64,000 nucleotides of DNA from NCBI RefSeq assembly GCF_006345805.1, contig NC_043009.1, positions 1 to 64,000 of the forward strand, written 5' to 3'. Numbering within the stretch: position 1 is the first letter of the stretch; every line of letters starts with the position of its first letter. Below, in pieces: positions 13,180-27,025 of this stretch. The notes beneath the pieces were generated by a model that was not told the DNA's origin, did no database searches, and worked only from the letters and a program-made list of their open reading frames with translations. Both the position numbers and the translations under genes were made by a program. Source of the DNA: Octopus sinensis. Lineage: Eukaryota.

Positions 13180-13620
13180 AGGGGTGATATTAGTAGAGGC
13201 CAGAGCCCATGGAGAACTAGCACGTAGATTTAGAAAAGCTCTGAAAGAGAACAAACTCAACATTAAAATTGTTGAAAAGCCAAGGAACTCCGTCAGGTCA
13301 CAATTATGAAGGACATGCCCGTTTAAGAATACCATATGCACAATTGATAACTGCATGGTATGTAGAATTAGCCCTGGTATTAACTGTAGAACTCGAAATG
13401 TAGTTTACAATATAAGATGCATAGAAGTGCTTGTAAGGACATGAACATGATGTACATAGAGGAGACGTCTAAGAGCATTGCGGAACGGACAATGAACATT
13501 TAAGACAACTTGACGACAGAAAACAGTCTTCTATACTCTACCAACATGCCAAAGACCACCATGGAGATAACTTGGATCAACCTGACATCCGCATCTTATC
13601 CAAGCACCCAGCCCCCATCC
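13180..13620 (+). mobile_element. Penelope-like GIY-YIG endonuclease relic
   Basis: Remnants read ..IKIVEKPRNSV.., CRTRNVVYNI.. and MYIEETSKSIAER, and resemble 25030-25450. Confidence 0.6.
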
Positions 13621-14529
13621 CTGCTTTTCAATGCTAAACCCGATATAAAACAGTCATAAACACTATAAATAAACCTGTTCAATCTCTACTCTCCTCATCA
13701 CCCCCAAATCCCAACCCCTAGTTCAAACTTTGATCTCCTTGACTATTCTCTCTAAAAAACCTTCACAAATCCTCAAGCTGACCCTAATATAGACTAAACT
13801 CTGAAAACCAATCCTAACAGCAAACCCACACCAAAATAAGAAAGACCACTTACCTTGGCCATTTGGGATCTATAATACAAGGCATGATATGCAAACAACA
13901 AGCAAAATATCAACCAACATTTGAAAGTCAAGTTTTATCTATGTGTCGAATCATGAAATACACTTGTTTAATAAATACAGTTGTCCTTACATTTACACAG
14001 TACATTGCTTCCACAAGTCATCAAACTAATCATTCTCATGCGAAATCAATTGTTTTTATTATAATATAGAAACAAATTAATTATTGAAATTAATATAAGA
14101 AATACAATTAACGGTATGTGTGTCATCATCATTTAACATTCGTTTTTCATGTTGTCATGGGTTGGACTATTTCACACTATCTGAGATGAATTACTACACG
14201 TACTCTAATGTCTGTTTTCACATGGTTTCTATGTCTGAGAAAAGTTTTGGTAACACTGACACTAGTAAAATTAAAAAGTAAATTTCAAGGATGAGTGGAC
14301 TGCTAGTAGTGAGAGAGGTGGCTTCATCCTAACCTGTAGTATGATAGAGAGACAGGCAGAGGTGTGTCGCTGTAGAGAAAGTACATGGCTACCCTGCATA
14401 TATGTATGTATACAGGTAGACATCGATTAGAGCGCTTTCTCATTGCTAATATGTTAACATATGCTTGATGTGTGCTTTAAAAAAAAGTGCTTGCACTGGC
14501 ACTAATTTCTTCAGATGAAACTGAAAGGA

Positions 14530-14690
14530 GAGGATCATAGCCCAACTAATTAGGAAAAGACTTAATCTAGATGAGATGCAATTTGGTTTTGTATCAGGAA
14601 GAAACACCAGTCATGATATATTTCTGGTAAGAAACCCCAGGAGAAGTACCTAACCAAGTATAAACCTATGTACTTGACTTTTGTTGGTAT
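14530..14690 (+). mobile_element. RTE-like LINE RT fragment
   Basis: Translates to ..LDEMQFGFVSGRNTSHDIFLVR..EKYL..KPMYLTFV. Confidence 0.6.
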
Positions 14691-14759
14691 CATAATCATT
14701 CAGGTAATAACAGATATATAAAACAGGCAGACCTAGCAACTCCTCTATGCTGATTACAG

Positions 14760-16670
14760 GATTACAACTAAACACACATATATTACAATTTATTACATTA
14801 CATTCAATTCGCCATATATTATTCATTTTATTATCCATCATCTTTCCCTTCACATTTCAGGTATACTGAAGACCCTTTACTCATTGCTTCAGACTGCGTA
14901 AAATATTGGTGAAAGCAAACATTCGTCAGACTTATTTATGACAAAAAGCGAGTCAGTATGACCAACGTACCCTGTCCTGCACCTGATTGTGCCATAGTTG
15001 GCCTGTAAACAATCCATGGGAGAGAGTACTGACAAGCCTCATCGATCATCTGCAACAATGACACAGAATGTATGCACCTGCCACCTACAACAAATACAAC
15101 CCCCTCCTCCAACTACACTACCATTCCCAGCCACTGAGGAAAAACGTTGTCGCCTGAGGAAGTAGCTGCTACAATACTACAGCTCCAGCACATTCAACGT
15201 CTGCAACCATCGGCAATTCTCTGACCAACCGATTCGCTTAATGCTAAACCAGTCGCCCACCATACGCCCATACCAGTCCTGGTTCATTGGCAAGAGGAAT
15301 TAAAAGCAGATCTTGACCGGAATGTTCCACTTGGAGTTTAAAGCCTATTCCATTGGTACATCTGTCACTTGGTGACAGACAATGGTGGTATGTCCTAACA
15401 GGTCTGGAAAACCATCTTAAGGAGCATCGAATGGGTGCACAGGCACTTAACACTGCCCTATCAGCTATGAGCTGACATTGTACCTTCTTCCACAATTGGG
15501 GAGAATCACTGCCATTGCATTTCCCCATGACAACTGCCGAGCCAAAGTCGGTATTGAGACAATAAAGCGCCTCGTTACAGACAACACTGACACCAATGGC
15601 TTCCTTAACACTGACAGTTTCCAGTGCACAATGCTACAATAAAGAAATACACCTGACTGGGACAAACTTGTCCCAGCCATGTGCATCTTTGGCAGCCCTA
15701 TACAATACTTTATTCCCATCCATTCCGGCAAGGCATACAAGCTACATTCCACATGCCATGAAACTATGACTTATTGAAAAGAAGACCTGCGTAAACACAA
15801 CATGAGTGCTACTGAACGGTTGTCAAAACACACATGCTCACTTCTTTCGAACTATGTCCTAATCCAGAGCCAAGTTTGACCCAATCCTACAAATGGGGGG
15901 AAAACTGGTGCCATTAGATGTACGTCATTTCGATCTGTACATGTTGAAGTGGATGGATCAGGCCAAAATTCCTCTGGAAGTATCTACTGCTTCTTCCTCA
16001 TGGCCCACTGCTCATGGTGTCTGGACCACATGCGTTCCCTATGCCAACACCAGTGATGAGACTACCTTCTCAACCGACTTTAACAGCACCTCATGCAGCT
16101 GCAACACCAATGCCCACTTCCCGATTCCAAAATTACCATGACCAGAAATGCATCTCACCGCCTACCCACCGAGCCACGCCAACTTACCCCACCTTTACCA
16201 CAAGTGGTCATACCCCAATACCCCTTGAAACCCCGGCTTTCCAAAAGTGACCCTTGCCTGATGCAGTTTATCCTCCATCCAGCAATTGTCCCGTTTGTCG
16301 CTCTGCCAGACTCGCAAAGACTGACACAAAAGCCTGATGCACAACTGACACGTTGCTCCTTGATCGTCACACACCGTCAATATTGATTAAGGGTCTCTTG
16401 CACTAATTATTATTTTCGTTAATCATTTAATACATATTATTAGTTTTCTTTGCTTCTCTCAAAGGAATTGGGGAGGGCTTAGAGGATGACAACTGAACAC
16501 TCATATATTATCATTTATTACATTACATTCAATTAGCCATACATTATTAGTTTCATTATCCAAATTTTTCCTTCACGTTTCAGGTATACCGAGGACCTTT
16601 GTTTTCATTGCTTCAATCTGTGTACATAAAGTGTTTGTGAAAGCAAAGAGTTTTCACACTTATTTACTAA
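14760..16670 (+). mobile_element. Internally deleted Gypsy-like LTR retrotransposon relic; LTR-like direct repeats at ~14760-14940 and ~16483-16670
   Basis: The two ~180-bp repeats align (TTACATTACATTCAATT..TTTCAGGTATAC..GTGAAAGCAAA). Internal frameshifted RT-like (..VVCPNRSGKP..) and integrase-like ([16 protein letters not shown]) pieces; a purine-rich tract precedes the 3' repeat. Confidence 0.6.
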
Positions 16671-16949
16671 TGAGCTGCTTCTTATAGCTAAATCACTACC
16701 AGAACTAGAGAACAAATTTTGCGTACGGAAGCAAGGTCTAGAATTGAAAGGTCACAGAATTAACCTACCCAACCCTAACCCAAAGTCTTAGTAAGTAGGA
16801 AACCAGATAAATCGTAAAGCCCTTCAGGTACATGGCCATCCTCAATATGAAGGAAACAGGTAGGTAGATGTACTCTGTATAACACATAATAGGTGTAGCA
16901 ATATGAGAGGAAGGTAAACTGGAAAATATTTTTGTATGTGGAAGGTGCA

Positions 16950-17330
16950 TAATGTACAGTAAAAGCTAAAAATGCCAGAAAATGGGCTTCATCAAATGCC
17001 AGAGGAGTACGATAAAGATTGTTGGCAACAAAGTCAGTAGCAGAAGTGGATGAACTAAGAGTGTGGCTGCAAGAATAAAAATAGGCTGAGCAAATTCAGA
17101 GAGCTCCTTCCTCTGTTTGGTAACTAAGGGTCTCTCCTTCAGAGTGAAAGCCAGATTTATTATACCTGTGCAGACAACTATGCTACATGGCAGGAGAAGT
17201 AGACATAAGGCATTGGACAAGGTGGTAATGCATGATCTTTGATTGTTGGAACTTATAAAGGCAATGACTAATGACTGACACCTTTCATGACATGCTGTGC
17301 CTTAGAAGACAATATATTGTAATTAATTTC
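16950..17330 (+). mobile_element. RTE-like LINE 3' fragment
   Basis: Frameshifted FRELLPLLVTKGLSFRVKA..Y-type sequence. Confidence 0.5.
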
Positions 17331-18499
17331 CCATCAATTAATTTTTTTCACAAACCCCTGCCCTCAACACTCATGGAGTGCTTGATGTTAAGAAGGGCAT
17401 CCAGCCATAGAAACAATGACAAATCAAGACTGGAGTCTGCTGCAGACCCTCAGCTTACCAGCCCTGATGAAACTGTCCAACCAAGCCAGCGTAGATAATG
17501 ACATTAATGATGATGATGATGAGACAATTCTTTTTGTAAAACTTTTGCATTTATGCTGAACATCTAGTTAAAGTTAATTTTATAGATTGAATTTTCATTT
17601 CCAGTGAAATCAATTTTAATATTTCAAATTCAAAAATATTTAACAAAATATAATGAGAAACTGAAGCAAGTACTACTTCTATATATTTGTAAAACAAAAA
17701 AAACAATAGAGGAAAATGAGCAAAATTGTGCAAAGTGAACTAAGAAACAGAACTACTGTAAAGGCAAGAGACAACTGTATTTTATGAAAGTACCATATTG
17801 CATAAACACAAAAAAAGAAAACTATGCAGAGGGAATTAAACTGAAACAGATACAACATGACACACAACCCATGCTAGTATGGATAAAATGATTAGATATT
17901 TCTGTCGAGAGAAATTCAATGACAATCTTATGCAACCAACAATAACCTCAAACTTATCAGATTATTGTAGATGAGCAACAACTCAAGAAAACCTGTCAAA
18001 ATTCTATGTTCTTACAATGAATTAATTGCAAGTATTTAAGTATGTAGACAACATAATTTCATGTTTTATATGCATCAATACATGTGTAAAAATAAGTCTC
18101 ATACCTACGTTCATTTTTCCATCCTAGCATGAGTTTGAAAAATATAAGATTTAATAGTTGGGTAAACATTGTCGTAGCTAATGCTAATTTTCTACTAAAG
18201 TTTTCTTTTTCTTTCAAAGTGCAGTTGTAACAAATGATACATTTGTACACAAACATGACAAAAGTAAATAGATACCCATTAACACATTGTTATTATAAAC
18301 TTGAAGAGGTTTATATTTTTTTTTATTAATTGACATTTATATGTTTCAGGTTCTATATGTAACTGTTTAACATGCCATGTACAAAAGAACCTTAAAAATG
18401 TCCAATTTACAAAGAGGTCATATGCTGCGCCTATTTCAAGGCTGACTTAGCCTAAAACCACAGAAAACTTGTGATTCCACTTTCTACACAGTAAATAGA

Positions 18500-19370
18500 G
18501 TAATTTTTCAATTCACTAAACGGGAAAGTAGTCCATATCACCTTACCCAGGTAGACTAAGGCCCTCTGACAGAACACTTTGCTTTCTTAAGAGAAGTGTG
18601 TAAGATAATCCTCATTGCAAGGCCTCCAATATAGCAGAATAAGTTGATGTCAGTCCCAGAATAGCTGTCAGTTATCTCCGCAAATTGGCTATTATGGCAG
18701 AGCAGCAAGAAAGAAGACACTCTTCGACCAGCAAATATCAAATGGAGAAAAGATTGGACAAGTGAGATGGTAGAGAGGTCACTAGCACTTTGGGACACTG
18801 TCAAATTCTCTGATGAATCCAGATTTGCTGTATTTTCTGACACTGGTCGAATGTGGGTCTGGAGAATCAGTCACCAATATTTTCACGTGAATATATTGCA
18901 GCCAACAATGAAACATGTGATGGTCTGGAGAGCAGTTTGGAGCAATAGTCAATCAGAAATGGTGGAGTGTGAGGGATACATAAACTCAGATAAATATGTG
19001 TCCATATTATAGAAAAATCTTCTTCCTATAACCTCCAGGGGAAAATGATTAATTAAATAACACTATTTATGGAAGATAGGGCTTTCTTGCAAACTAAAAG
19101 ACCCAGGATTGGTTGGAAGAGAATGGCATTAAAAAGCTTCCATAGCTAAGCCAATCACCAGATATGAACCCTACTGAACACCTCTGAGGCATGATGGATG
19201 GGATACTTCCTAAAAAGAAAAGAAAGCATCCTTAAAGCCAGATCTTTTGATATTACTGCAAGAAACTTGGCAAAAACCATGAAGAGAATATTCATCAGAT
19301 CAGTAGCATGCCTGCTAGGGTCCTTGCATTCAAAAATGCAAGGAGCCTGTCTACTAAATATTAGATATTC
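18500..19370 (+). mobile_element. Tc1-like transposase relic
   Basis: Remnants read VKFSDESRF..GRMWVWR, VMVW, INSDKYVSIL and SQSPDMNPTEHL, with stops. Confidence 0.75.
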
Positions 19371-19689
19371 ACAGTAATAATTAATAAATAATTTAAAATA
19401 AATTTTAACAATTATAAGGATGTCTATTTAATTCTGTCATGTCTATGTAGTTTTTGAAGCAAAAACAATGGAAACATTAATATTAAGACCTTTTCAAAAA
19501 TCTCTCTCAAGCTTTTCATGCACACAAGATTTTATTGACATTCATTCAAATTCACTCATTCCAACATGAAACAATTTTTTCCATCAAAACCTTAGTGATG
19601 TTTTCACCTTTCTCTAATTTGATCTAGATCCTCTAAGTGTCTCTAATGACTTTCATGCCTTAATTTCAATTTGTTGCCTATTTTTTCCT

Positions 19690-20200
19690 CAGGCCAACTC
19701 ACCAACAGAAATTAATGAGAGACCTAATTGCCTTTCATCTTGATCACATAAATATCCCACATATTTGGTGCTCAAATACAGCATGCTCCACACTAGGAGA
19801 TTGACAGTTACCCAGTATATGCAAAAATCGAACACATTTGCAGTACTAAACAAGCCATTACTATTGCATTTTCTGGCTTCATGTTTCCCAATTATATCCC
19901 AAATTTTTTTATCTCTGAAATCACAAGTATGAAGATTTTATAAAGCAGAAAGAACACTGCACAGAAGCTTTTTTCATGAAAGATAAAATATTTCTTTTTT
20001 CTCTTCAGAGGAACACATGGTTGGAGGGTAGACACTTACTAAGGTAACAAATCTCTTGTTTGACAATGGCAATCTCACTGACATCAAGGTAATCAGTAAA
20101 TCCAAAGAGTTCATAATCTTAGATGCCAATATTTCACAAACATTCAATGGTCTGTACTCTCTTGCAGTAGCAAGATGACACATAGGCCCAGGCTGCAATA
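19690..20200 (-). mobile_element. RTE-like apurinic endonuclease fragment
   Basis: LMSVRLPLSNKRFVTLVSVYPPTMCSSEEKKEIFY; a KCNSNG motif follows downstream. Confidence 0.7.
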
Positions 20201-21819
20201 CTGTGGGACACCTTCCAAGCCAGACCTTTCACTATCCATTCCACATCCCTTCTTGACATTACTCTAAATTATTTGATTTTTCAATGAGTATTTTGCACTT
20301 TTTGTCAACAGTTACCCTATAATATACATCACACACATGCAATAACTTCATATAGTTCCCATCAACCACTTTTACTAAAAATGCATTTGTTGATCCCTAC
20401 CTATTGTCGAAGACTCTTGCCCAAAATGCCACACGGTAGAACTAGACCCTAAACCATGGTATTGGGAAACAAACATATTTTACATTTGCAAACATATATG
20501 TCTTATGAAATTGTTCAATATACACAGAGAAACATTGTGTTCAATTTACAAACAGCTATGGTTAACTAACAGAAAACTTAAATTAACAGAAAATTATGTA
20601 CTTACAGGTGAAGTTTCGCATGGGGCTACTTGTTTGGTAAAATCCACATGTATAAAGAAAAGTCTACATGTATAAACTGTTGTGGTGAGAGTCATTGGCA
20701 CCCCTATGGGATTGGATGAATGGACTAGCAAAACTCTTATAACAAAAACTAGCATATTGGTTGAGACAAAGAGAGTCAGAAGTCATTGAGAGTTCATGGA
20801 AGTTGTTGACGTTGTTCAGAGTTTGTATTTATTGGAGTATTGTGTTTAGTAGAGTAATCTGAAGTGGTGTTGTGTGAAGACAGTTGTGTCTATCCCCGCT
20901 TCGTGAATTTTGTATATCCAACATATAGAAGGATATAAGATAAACAACAGTCTCGCATGTAAACCCATAAGTGTAATCATTCATTTTTTTAACCCTGAAA
21001 GTAAAAAGAAAAACATCATAATAGTAGCGAAAGGAAAATTTTGGCTTTAATATCAGTTCACTACTCTTTTATTTGAAGTGACAACTAGCAATTCTTTCTC
21101 TAAACCATTTATATTACAGCCAAGCATTATGCAAATGGAAACTTTTACATGTCTCAGGAAAGATATAAATGCAAGCAATGTGAGACCAACTTTCATTAAA
21201 ACTACACAAGAAATTCATAAAAATTCATTCACAGATTTTATTCTATTAAACTTAAGATGGTGGAGAGGCACAATTGTTAGTGTTGGCAAAATACCTTCCA
21301 CTATTTCTACCAGCTCTTTATGTTCTAGTTTCAAATCCTGTTGAGGCTAACTTTGTTTCTCTTCCTTTCATGGTTGATAAAAAAAGTGCAAGTCAAGTAA
21401 TAAGATCAATTTAATCAATTAACCACTTCCTCTAAAATTTGAGGCATTCCCCTGTTTTACAAACATGACCAATTAATCAAATATCTTGGAAAAATAAATC
21501 TGCATGTTAGGAAACAGGATAGCTTTCCTGTCATTCAAATATTCGTGAAATTTACAATATATCATAATTTCAGCAATTCACATAGTCATATTGTAAGAGA
21601 GTTCATCATCATTTCACTAAAGATGCATACACTAATATAGAAACTGATATTAATTAAGAAATCTTAACCATAAACAATATTTTTTATGCTATTTCACCAA
21701 TGAGCAACTAAGAAGGCAGAGTTTAAATCCATGCTCCTTCACCAGTTTATCATATGGCTCTCAATCCATTCAAGCCTTTATTGCAAAACAGCTCAGTTTG
21801 CTAATTCTTTACAAAGGGC

Positions 21820-21906
<87 letters not shown>

Positions 21907-22699
21907 ATGTACTTGCATAGCGAGTGACAAGGTAACAGTCAAGTATACAAATTGAACTGACACATATTACATAAACATACATTCACAAGTACATACACAT
22001 GTACACACACACTGACACGTCTATTTCTCCTAAATACTCACATACGTAAGTACATAAGTACATACATACATGTGTATAGCATGCACACATGAATGTGCAC
22101 ATACATGTACACATATACATGCATACGCACATACATACATACATACATACATCATACATAAATACATACATACATACATACATACACATACATACATACA
22201 CACATATATATCATGAACTAACTGTTACTTTCTCAGATGCAGCACAAATTTTGTCAGTGAAGAAGTCGCAGTCTCAAAGCGACGAAAATATTTTGCCAAT
22301 TAAATCAATGTTAAAGTGAATCTAACAGTTTTTGTGTGTTTCTTAAATGGCTTATAAGCACCTTCCATGCTCAGATCAAGTCACTCGCTATGCAAGTACT
22401 TCTCCGTAATTCGAAAGATTGAGCCAGGCTCTCAGGAAAGCCGTTACTTGTTGCTTGAGAAAAATAACAGCTAGCAACAGCTTCATTTCATTTCATTAGA
22501 CACTGCATCTCACTGAAGGTTTACCCAAAAAGGATTTACAAAATGGTCGAAACACTAAACCTGATGAAAGGACAAGTGTCGAAACTAAAACATATCGTAA
22601 TTATGAACCTGAAGTCCAAACTATATATACACCTAGCCACTAAAGAAAATGAAAAGCGAGAGGCCCTCGCTAAAGTGAAGAACTTACTTAATAATCAAG

Positions 22700-25529
22700 A
22701 AATGAAACAATAAAAGAACTACTACTCGTCGTGAATGTAACTCCATATGAGACAGGTGCGTACAACACTTTGAAAAGAAACTAGCATGGACGTTACAACT
22801 ACCATACAACCACCCAACAACTAAACAGTTTGACATGACTGAATCGATTGATGGAATTTCTATGAATGACAAACCCGTAGATGATGACCAACTAACAAGA
22901 AACGTACGAGTGTACGGAGGAGTACAACTGGATACAGATGACTCGCTGCCCTAGAACTCACTCCAAAGTTCACCACATATAATAAGGTTAGCAAGATATC
23001 AATACTATCAGACATTGAGAAAAGCTTTACAAACTTAGATGGAGAACACACTTTAACCGCAACCAAAATCCTGACATTCATGACATATCTGGCAATACCC
23101 ATTCCATACGTCGTTTCTATGACAAACGTGACATATGTCGTTTGACATGAAAAGGGTCTGCCCTACCAACTTACCATTCAACAAAACAGTATGCATGCCC
23201 CCCCTACGCAGACGCTGCTTTAGAAGCAAAGTTTACCCTTACTAAATCCAAACTCTCCTGTCAGCTTTCTCTAATTACACCCAAAGGCATAAACACCAAC
23301 AAACAAAAATAAGACCCATGATCTTGACACCAAAATTAAGAAAGGCCTTAACATTAAAAATCGTATCAAAAATAGAGAGATGTATGCTTCCCGACTGACA
23401 AATCAGTTAGAATGTCTGTTTGACAACTTATCTAATTACATTTCGAACATGCAACCACACATCACACAACAATAACAAAACAACAACACTCGAGTACATT
23501 GAAAACGAAAAGTCCTCAATGCTCACATGGGGATGTGGAGTATCATTCTCCACTCTGAGAAATGCACAGCGAACAATTTCATAACTACCAACAATGAAAT
23601 CCCACCCCTATATGGCCTTCGAAAAGATCATAAGATCCACATGGATCGTATACTTGGCCACCTACCCGACCAGTTTGTGGTACCAACAATGCAAACAACC
23701 ACAAATATCATATTTTCTCTCACATTCATACGACCCTTAATAGAGTTATCTGCAGATTTACGTGATAGTACTGAAGACCTCCTTAGCAGGATCCGCGAAT
23801 GCAACAACACGTGTGACCTCAGAGACCACATCGTAGGTATCATGGATGTGGTATCACTATATCCTTCCATTGACATATACTTTGCTGTCGAAAAATGTAT
23901 AAAGATAATTAGTGAGAGCAATATGATTTAAAAATGTGGACATATATGAACTAGGGTTCTTCCTGGCTCTGACTTGTACCAATGAGTATCTGTCACACAA
24001 TAATCTTCTATATGCTTGTCCTACCTGTAACAAACGAGGAAGACCACCTACCATTACCTCAACATACAAAAAGACCCAATGTGAACGCTGACAGGTTTGG
24101 ATGAGGCAGACTACTCACCTTCAGATCCACACGACATCAGAACTACTATTGCACATGCTATCGGTGTCAGCCTTAGAACTATACTTAAAACCCATATTTT
24201 TAAGTTTAACAAAAACTGTATAAACAGACGAAAGTGGTGCTATTGGAGTAGGGATCGTCGGTGATGTTGCAAACCTCTTCATTGCATGGTGGGACAGACA
24301 GTTTAAACAGTGCCTAGCGACCTGTAACAGCCACTTAGCTATGTACTCTCGATGCATTGACGACATAACATTGTCGTGAAATGTAATAATAATACAGACA
24401 CAGAGATAGAATCTCTACTAAATGAAGAACAGGTGATGACAGCTATACAACACATGGCTAACTCTATCCATAGCAGTATAAAAGTTACCGTAGACTGCCC
24501 CTCTAAACACCCCAGTAACAGATTACCTGTCCTAGATACTGAGCTGTGGATAGAAAATACTATGGTTAACGGAACTGTTAAATCCTGTTTACTCTACTCA
24601 CACTCTTGTAAACCTATGGCTAATCCACTGGTAATCCGTAGTAACTCAACGATGTCGAGTACTAACAAGCTCAACATCCTGGTGGCAGACTTAGTTAGAT
24701 TAATGAGGAATGTATATCTCCACTATGCCAACCACAAGAACGACAACACATCCAACAATTCATATTCCGAATGCAACGCCCCGGATACACACAATATGAC
24801 AGAATCAGAGTGTACAAAGGAACAAAAAACAAGATTCAAACACATTCTAAGTGATGACGAAAACCAGTGTATGGTTCCTATACCGCAACAAGTTCTGGAA
24901 TAGGTTAGAGAGGGACACCAAGAAAAGAATAAGACCAATACTTGGTATAACAAGAGATTTCCTAGTGTAATGTTTGTTGATGCCACACCTAAGAACGAAT
25001 TATGTAAGGCATTCAAGGAAATCCTACACATAACTGGCCTTAAGATCAAGGTTGTAGAAAAGACAGGTAGGACTATCAATCTGTATTATGTAGATCATAT
25101 CCTTTCGATAGATTCCCACGTCAAAATAATTGTGCAGTTGTTCCACAACCCAATATGAACTGTAAAACCAAGAACACTGTGCCAAGAAGGATTGCACAAC
25201 TATGCCAGAGCACTGTGCCAAGAAGGAGCTTGCGAGACTAACCCAGAGTCATACATAGGTGAAACTTCTAGGAGTATCAATGATAGGTTCAAAGAACACC
25301 TGGACAACTACATTGAAAAGAAACCAAACTCATCTTCTATCAGCATGCTGTAGGTGCACAAGGGCTCCTTAGTGAGACTTAAGTTAAACATCTTATCCAC
25401 ACATCCCTCTGATGCAATGCTGAGACAGGTCACTAAATCTGTCTGTATACAAGAATACAAACCCACTCTTAACCGAAAATCCGAATGGGGTAACATCCAG
25501 ATTCCACTCAGGAGTACCATTCTAAAACC

Positions 25530-25530
<1 letters not shown>
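22700..25530 (+). mobile_element. Near-full-length decayed Penelope-like element (RT plus GIY-YIG)
   Basis: Motifs YGLRKDHK, GIMDVVSLYPSI, GAIGVGIVGDVANLF, RCIDD, LPVLDTELWI and YIGETSRSINDRFKEHLD are spread across frameshifted ORFs. Confidence 0.85.
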
Positions 25531-25565
<35 letters not shown>

Positions 25566-25989
25566 CATGTAGTAATCCATGCATAAATGCTGAAATGCAT
25601 GGTACTAAAATACATATATACAGTTATATATAACCGTACGAGCGTACATTGTTTGATATGTATGTACGTATGTGTAGATGTATATTATGAGTGTAGCTGT
25701 GTTATGTGCTGTGTGTTATGTATATTAGTGTATATGTACATGCATGCACATATGAGCATGTGTAATATACATATGTATTATATATGCATGCATGTAAAAA
25801 ATTAAAAAAAAATAAATATAATAAAGAATAAATATAATAAAAGAATAAATATAAAACGGCGGTGGCATCAGCATGGCCGCAGCTCTGTGCTGAAACTAAA
25901 AAAAAAATAAATAAATAAAATAAAACAAGTTTGATTTTAAACCATTGTCCTTGGAAAATTGTCATATATATGTATACGAACCCATGCTA

Positions 25990-26390
25990 CACGGCAGTGA
26001 AACATGGGCTGTGACTGCCGATGACATACGTAAGCTCGCACGGAATGAAGCCAGTATGACCTGAAGGGTGTGTAATGTCAGTGTGCATACTCAACAGAGT
26101 GTAAGTACCTTGAGAGAAAAGTTGCACCTAAGAAGCATTAGATGTGGTGGTGCAAGAGAGACGACTGCGCTGGTATGGTCATGTGGCAAGAATGGATGAG
26201 GATAGCTGCGTGAAAAAGTGCCACACCCTAGCAGTTGAGGGAACCTGTGTAGAGGTAGACCCAGGAAGACCTGGGATGAAGTGGTGAAGCACAACCTCCG
26301 GACATTAGGCCTTACCAAGGAAATGACTAGCAACCGAGACTTTTGGAAATATGCTGTGCTCGAGAAGACGCGGCAAGCCAAATGAGACCA
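25990..26390 (+). mobile_element. RTE-like LINE 3' end
   Basis: Translates to GRPRKTWDEVVKHNLRTLGLTKEMTSNRDFWKYAVLEKTRQAK*. Confidence 0.7.
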
Positions 26391-26509
26391 TAACCTGTGG
26401 CCTATGTCAGGAGCGTAACCAGCCCGCTTATGCGTACCTTTTCCTTCTTTGGTCACTAAACTCTGCTTACAAAGACCTGTTGAGGCAAGTGAAATCAAAA
26501 TCAAAATCA

Positions 26510-27000
26510 ATTCGATGACTGGCATTCGTGCTAGCGGGGTGCAAAGAGCACCATACGAGTGTTATCGTTGACAGAGCGGCTATTCGAGTATGATCGTTAC
26601 CAGCGTCGCCTTACTGGCACTTATGCCTGTACTAGTAGGTGCCAAGAGCACCATCCGAGCATGATCGTTGCCAGAGCAGCCAACTAGCTTCCATGCCCGT
26701 GGTACGTAAAAGGGCACCATTCGAGCGTGATCATTACCAACGTCGCTTCACTGGCACCTGTGCCAGTGGCACGTGTAAAAAGATTCGATCAAGGTCATTG
26801 CCAGTACTGCCTAACTGGCCCCGTGCCAGTGGTACATAAAAAGCACCCACTACACCTCTCGGAGTGGTGGCGTTAGGAAGGGCATCCAGCTGTAGAAACT
26901 CTGCCGGATCAAGATTGGAGCCTGGTGCAGCCATCTGGCTTGCCAGCCATCAGTCAAAATCGTCCAACCCATGCTAGCATGGAAAGCGGACGTTAAACGA
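26510..27000 (-). mobile_element. SINE-like repeat ending in (GAT)n; related piece at ~17370-17520
   Basis: Both loci share TAGGAAGGGCATCCAGC..TAGAAAC and end in a (GAT)n tract. Family assignment is from memory. Confidence 0.55.
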
Positions 27001-27025
27001 TGATGATGATGATGATGTATGTGTG

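Noticed and set aside
14866-14930. CTGAAGA..GAAA in the LTR-like repeat
   Set aside because: No stem I or stem III, and the core is not kept in the second repeat.
20599-20860. Minus-strand GTAAGTA splice-donor-like site suggesting a host exon
   Set aside because: No convincing ORF, acceptor or partner exons were found.
22561-22600. CTGATGA-AAG-GAC aagt GTC-GAAAC just upstream of the PLE
   Set aside because: Stems I and III do not form. At best it is a decayed pseudo-LTR ribozyme.
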